Source of the DNA: Octopus vulgaris
Lineage: Eukaryota
NCBI GenBank assembly: GCA_951406725.2
Contig: OX597831.1
Span: 15,004,001 to 15,068,000 of the forward strand
Direction: 5' to 3'
Length of the DNA: 64,000 nt
The position numbers and the translations under genes are program-made. This document shows, piece after piece, positions 57,743-64,000 of the stretch (within the stretch, counting starts at the first letter, position 1; each line of letters opens with the position of its first letter). Below the pieces are notes generated by a model, which saw nothing but the letters and a program-made list of their open reading frames with translations, had not been told where the DNA came from and ran no database searches.

Positions 57743-57812
<70 letters not shown>

Positions 57813-58227
57813 CGTGATACAGCCTCCACATGTATGTACATATATGTGTACATATTTCTAGGCATGTATGTTTGTATGTATATAAAATTACTTATTAGGT
57901 AAATTAGAAACAAACATCTTGTTTCAAGCCCTTCAAACATTTAGGAAACCTTACGCATTCTTGATATCTCTGTGCATTCTGTTTCGCACAGACCACTGTG
58001 ATGCAACCGTTTGTTTTTCCTTACATTATTCTGCATCAGTTCGGCAAAACTCTTCCTCGTTCTCTCATGTATTTATTATTGTTTCTTCTTACTTTAGTTA
58101 TGTATTGTTTCAGTTCATTTCTGTAGGTTCCCTGACAGTTGATCCCAAAGGTTTTCCATATACTTTATTTACTAGTGTCCCAGTATGATAATGTAGAATT
58201 TAATTAATATCCCATGACCCTCTCTTT

Positions 58228-58927
58228 CAGGGTGGAACAGAGAGGACGAATGTCTTTGGAAAATTCACAAAATCATTAATTTTAGTTGCAGACAAATTTG
58301 ATTGACATCAATGTATTCGAATTGAATTAGCATTTGTCAAAGTCAAGTGTGGAAAACAACATCCATCATGTGCTGTTCGTTTTCATTGACGTATTTCTGA
58401 AAGCGTTCTTGGAAGTTGGCCTCTACTCTCAGCAGCTTTGCTCTGTGTATGGTCCCATCGCTTCAACTGTTGCCCACGTGTGGCAATGCAGGACTTCAAG
58501 CAAAATACGCCTTAGCGATCGCCTACCGTTGCCTAGTTCAGTGGAATGCCTCCGATCAGAGAGATTCGTACTCCGTATCAAAGCGTGTCTGACGCGTTTC
58601 ACATTTTCCGGGGTCTGCAGCTTTTGTAGCGCCCCCACTGGTCTCCTGATCATTATTATACCGCGTGTACGAAGTGAATTCACTCAACGTAAGATTACGT
58701 TAAGGGTGGGAACCGCCTCATTTCGGTGAATGTTGAAGTGGTGCTGAAACCCACCCTGAACTGCAGTGACAGACTCGTTATTCTTCTCATAATTGTCATA
58801 GGCAAACCTGCTATGCTCTCTCGCCCACAGTGCAATAGCTTCACCTGAAAAGAAAAAAAAATGCAATAACACCCTGGGGCTGAGGTATAATGATTTCAAA
58901 AACGTCCGTCCTCTCTGCTCCATCCTG
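58228..58927 (-). mobile_element. Internally deleted Tc1/mariner-superfamily element (DUF4817-like N-terminal HTH)
   Basis: TIRs cagggtggaacagagaggacg / cgtcctctctgctccatcctg|ta. Translation gives WAREHSRFAYDNYEKNNESVTAVQ..F..HFNIHRNEAVPT.N.ILR*VN...TPENVKRVR..L.RS...S.RRHS, fused to a C-terminal NFQERLQKYV.ENEQH..DVVFHT. The catalytic domain is missing. Confidence 0.85.
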
Positions 58928-60212
58928 TATATATATCAAGCCTCTTCTTGCTGATATCGTACACAATATAAGTTTTGGGGGAATGATTTCTCGTTCTCCA
59001 TTTGTCTTGTTAAAGCTTTCAATTAATTCAGTTTCGAAAACACCACAGGTTGAACCTTTAGAAATTTCCAAGATATTTAAAATCATTTGAATCTTCAGCT
59101 CCATTCACATATAAAGACAGATTTCTTCCATCCGTCCGTTCCTTCTTCGTAATTTCCGTTTTAATATAGTTTAGCAATAAACCGACGCCAGTGCTCATTT
59201 CATCATCATATCTAATACTTTCTGCTCTCTTTACTTAGCCTGCAATTTCATCTATTATAACATTTCATAAAGTTTTCTGTTGCATCTCCTGCCTTCTGCA
59301 GCGAGCAATTTATAATATATCTACTTCACCGGTTTTCAAATTTGCGAGTCTTCTTTTATCTCTTATTGAATGCATTTTCAAATCTTAGTTGATTAAGTTT
59401 AGGTTGATGACCAGAAGATTTTCGATCTCTAGATTAAGTGTAAACATGATTTCTAGCTCGTCATTTTTGAACATGTTAATACAGCTGTTCATAAGGTTGT
59501 CTAGTGAGACATCTTCAAACATTTCGGAAGTAAATGTAACAATTTCTAACAGTATATTTGTTTGATCTAACCCTAATTTTAATCATGTAAATAAATACAC
59601 CAGAGGAAGTTTTAAACATAATCATACATTAATATCTACACAAACCACTCAGCCATATTTGAAAAAATAATCTCAACATTAATTTCAATATGAGGATCTT
59701 CAAACAACCCACGAAGAATAATTATTCTATAAGATAAGCATTTGTTATAATAACGACTTAGATTGTAGAGGACTCAAAGATAGATTTATGTATTTAGAAT
59801 TGAACCGACAACAACTTCTATTTGGCCACTTTATGCCTTAATCATTATGTCAAAATTTCCTAAACCCAACTTATAAGATATTCTCCATTAAACACCTCTC
59901 CGGAAATTCTTCAGTAATAACTGCCAAACATTTGTTTCCAACTTGCTCCCATCATGAAAGCTAACATGTAAGCCAAGAAATTTGACAGAGATCAATTGCA
60001 TAAGAAACATTCAACCAATACATATCCATTTCTTCTGTTGCAATATATAATTGGAAACTTTCGAAGCAGAATTCGGTTCTGCGAAACTGAAATACACTAT
60101 AGAGCATAAACAACCCAGCGGTATGGTGCAGTCTAACGTTGTTAGTCACGTATCAACATTCAAAAATAGAGAAGTGAGAAATAAAAGAAATTTATAGAAT
60201 TAAATGTGATTT

Positions 60213-60419
60213 AGGCGTAGGAGAGACTGTGTGGTAAATAGGTTACTAACCAAGCACATGGTTGCGGGTTCAGTCCCACTGTGCGGCACGTTGGGCAAGT
60301 GTCTCCTACTAAAATTGAAGCACCAGGTTTTGCTAGTAAATGATTAGAGGAGAATCTGGATAAAGCAATGTTTTGAGAAAGATAAAATTTGGTAGACGGT
60401 AACTGAAAGAAGCCAGTCG

Positions 60420-60477
<58 letters not shown>

Positions 60478-60712
60478 TGCGTGTGTGTGTGTGTGTGTAT
60501 TTGTGTGTCTGTGTTTGTCCCCCCAATCATAGATTGACAACCGATGTTGGTGTGTTTACCTCCCCGTATCTAAATGGTTCGGGAAAATAGACCGATAGAA
60601 TAAGTCCTAGGCTTACAAAGAATAAGCCCTGGGGGTCGACTTGTTCGACTAAATGTGGTGGTTCAGCATGGGCGCAGTCAAGTGACTGATAAAAGATACA
60701 AGAATAAAAGAA
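60213..60712 (+). mobile_element. SINE family A, full length with a short insertion
   Basis: Colinear with 40548-40960. Confidence 0.88.
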
Positions 60713-61979
60713 TAATGGAGCATATTACTGCTTTATACATCAAGTGAAAAGTTGTTAAGGTACGCAAAGCCTTGAATTAAGGAACAGGTAATGCAATTTC
60801 TACTCCCCAGAAAAAAGAAATTAGAAAAAGAGAAACACTCTGAATAACTCCAGCCATTCCATGAGTCGTAATACATTTGAATTTACAGACACTCCAACAA
60901 ATAACTACTAAAATCTTGGATTAGACAGACCAAAAGTGAACTAAGGTTGCTTGAAATTACATCCGCTGGTGTTCTGAGTTCAGGCAACGTAGAAACTTAC
61001 ATCTTGAGGCGTGAGACTGATTCTAACGTCTACGAATGGGAATGTTTAACATAATGATCTCAGGATCTCGCTTTGCAGAAATTTCATGTTATTTAGAGGC
61101 AATGTTAAGGTACAATTTAACACTAAATGCGAAGATGCGAAACTATGAATGATGGAAAACAATTCTCACATGCATCACGAGTAACATAATTATACATACA
61201 CAACTTTAGAAGCGATGACGATTTTCGCAACATGATGTTGGAAACCTGACAACGAAATTGTGCATCATATTAATGCAACCATCATCCGACAGGAGTGAGA
61301 CGAATCAACCTGGGACATAATGCTAGTGAGGCTGCCAGCTGGCCAAAATAGTTTCTAAATTATCTTTAATACCTTGTTTTCCTTTCCCACCATATGCCAC
61401 AATTTGTAGACACAACTATTTTATTACTATAAAATTTAGATGAACCAAATGTCTGTAACGATAGATGTATGACTATTACGAGAGTTTGAGAAGTTGTGTC
61501 AAAGAAATTCATTTTATTCCAAGTATTATCACCATCTCATAAAATACTCCATTCCAGGCCAAGTGCGTTTGGCTTCAAATAGAATTGTCTGTTTCTATGA
61601 GCATCAGCAAGTTTCCATGACAAGTCGTTTCCCTCTTATTATCAGCTCGGTGTTGATTGGTTTGGTGTTGCCCAGAAGATATATTATTATCGGTATGGAA
61701 AGAGTAAAGAACGAAGTGTTTCTTACCAACGAATTTGCTAAGATATATTCCATTGAGAATGGCTTCTCGTTCAGAAATTGCATATCAAATGGATATTACA
61801 AGTAAATGTATAACATTAGAAACCCATATAGTACTTTCTTAAATCTTAAAACTAAAAATTATCAAAAAATGCTGTCTCAAAATGTCAAAACATCATGGAA
61901 ACCTAAAAACAGAGTAAACAAATCTTTAGATATATATTGCTGCATTACCGAAAGTGAGATGTACAACCATAATTATCGT

Positions 61980-62345
61980 AGAACACCGTCGGATAAAGAT
62001 GACGCGGGTTGCAGTTGATCCGATCAACAGAACAACCTGCTCGTGAAATTAACTGCAAATAGCTGAGCACTCCACAGATACGTGTACTCTTAACGTAGTT
62101 CGCGGAGAGATTCAGCATGACACAGAGTGTGACAAGGCTGGCCCATCGAAATAGAGGTACAACATAAACAGGAAGAATGAGGGAGAAAAAGGTGTGGTGA
62201 AAGAGTACAGCAGGGTTCACCTTCACCCCCTGCCGGACCTTCGTGGAGTTTTAGAAATTTTCGCTCAATGAACACTCACAATCGAAACCGTGATCCTGCG
62301 ACCGCGAGTCCGCTGCCAATCCCACTGGGCCATTGTGCATCCACA
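61980..62345 (-). mobile_element. SINE family B variant (same as 9858-10210)
   Basis: 'gtggtgaaagagtacagcagggttcacc' plus the shared B tail. Confidence 0.8.
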
Positions 62346-63084
62346 AACACAATTATACAGTAAAAGGAAAATACAAAGCATTATCTGTCAAATTACTTGA
62401 CAGATAATTAGTTGAGTAACAGATAACATGATATAACTTCATCAGCTCCCTAAATATGAAGTGCACCTTAGTTGGGATGGTCACATTTTCAGAACATCCA
62501 AGCATTGATGATTTTGGAAAATTCTATAGCCAAGGTAGAAAAGAGTAGTACTCCTATCACTCTTCTGTATGTATATATGTGTGTGTGGCTATCTGTCGAG
62601 TACATACATTTGTATAAGGGCCTATGCGTATGTTTGTGTGTGTGTTCGTGTATGGATGTGAGTATGATTATACACACACACATATATATATATATATATG
62701 TATGTATGGATGGATGTATGTATGTGCGTGTGTATATATGTATATGTTTATATATGTGAATGAACGAGGGTACGCGTCTAAACATGTATCGCTATTTTAA
62801 TTCCAACCTAAGCGCATGCGTATATTTGCAACCTTTTCTTTCTACTTGGGATCGAACTTTCCGTAGGCATCAACATAAACAGTCACATTCATAACATCTG
62901 TATGTTCCGATAATGTAATTATCTCAAACTAAGGGCACCTCATATTCAAGGTTCTGACGAAGCAATACAATGTTATCCTGGTACTCAACTAACAGTCCAC
63001 AACATCATATAAGAGAAACAGGTGTAAGCAAATGAAGTTCATTATGTAACATTTGTTTTTTCCGGCTTGTGAGTCATTTATATA

Positions 63085-63129
<45 letters not shown>

Positions 63130-63214
63130 CACGCATACGTATATACAGGTATACATACATAAATATTTATATATATATATATATATGTATATACACGCAT
63201 ACATATATACAGGT

Positions 63215-63280
<66 letters not shown>

Positions 63281-63319
63281 GCATGTATATATATGCTTAT
63301 ATTTATATATGTATATGTG

Positions 63320-63480
63320 ATCACTAGCCGAGAAAACTTTTTTAATATTTTCTCTCCCTGTTTCTTTCTGTGTTCCTTTCTGATGAGGAGCATAGGCTCG
63401 AAGCGTAAGAGACTTTCTCCCTTCCTGAGCGTTAAACTAATACATACATACAATATCGCACTAGTGTTAGACACGACCTG
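63320..63480 (+). mobile_element. Probable PLE terminal-repeat fragment with degenerate minimal hammerhead
   Basis: ttt-CTGATGA-gGAGC(atag)GCTC-GAAG-CG-TA-agag. The downstream 'ttcctgagc.tta.actaataca' recurs at ~32941. Confidence 0.45.
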
Positions 63481-63857
63481 GAGCAATATTTGACCAAAAC
63501 ATATCAAAGTTATCTGAATTATCATGGAAATGGTAAACCTTGCCTGTGTGTATGCATATATATATATATATTTATGCATGTATATACATATAAATGTGTG
63601 CATGTTTATATATAGATATGTGTGTGTGTACAGATATGTGTACACGCGCGAATGTGTGTGTGTGTGGTTGTATACATAAAAACCGTATACCCTGGCTGGT
63701 ATATTTCACCGATAAATGTTTGAAACTAGTGTTAAACTTTTGTTAATAAAGCTGTTTTTCCTTCTTTGATTATACATCCTACATTTTTAAGCAAACTTAT
63801 ATAAACCTATGCAAACATCGATACATACAGCTCAACACAAACTTACAGACACGTACA

Positions 63858-63894
<37 letters not shown>

Positions 63895-63907
63895 CTCTCT
63901 CTCGCTC

Positions 63908-63989
<82 letters not shown>

Positions 63990-64000
63990 GTGTGTGTGTG

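Noticed and set aside
59200-60150. Possible hAT transposase remnant (RRLANL...NVIIDEIA); similar hints at 300-1370 and 38700-39330
   Set aside because: Too degraded to support by eye, with no TIRs or TSDs found.
61400-61950. Possible PLE RT thumb remnant (ORF 61494-61805)
   Set aside because: Only a vague resemblance, with no intact RT motif.

Overview
This is AT-rich, microsatellite-saturated animal genomic DNA. Its SINE, LINE and microsatellite repertoire points to an octopod cephalopod (Octopus-like), which is an inference from repeat style. No host protein-coding exon, rRNA, true tRNA or CRISPR array can be supported, so the window reads as intergenic or deep-intronic. It is a mosaic of tRNA-derived SINEs (at least three families), CR1-clade LINE 3' fragments, Dong/R4-clade restriction-endonuclease LINEs, Tx1/L1 and RTE 3' ends, Penelope-like element (PLE) remnants, Tc1/mariner transposons (one DD37D) and Helitron/Helentron-type non-autonomous elements. 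A few TE-free islands rich in homeodomain and Sox motifs are candidate enhancers. The most notable observations are: (1) a core-intact hammerhead ribozyme with an unusually long helix II in a PLE terminal repeat, with covarying homologues in a 280-bp palindrome 35 kb away; (2) four Dong-type insertions, all in sense-strand (TAA)n, while PLE and CR1 copies sit in (TA)n; (3) a CR1 LINE sharing its 3' tail and stem-loop with the most abundant SINE; (4) an RTE-type LINE end carrying three tandem C2H2 zinc fingers. All translations and alignments were done by eye, and boundaries of degraded elements are approximate.
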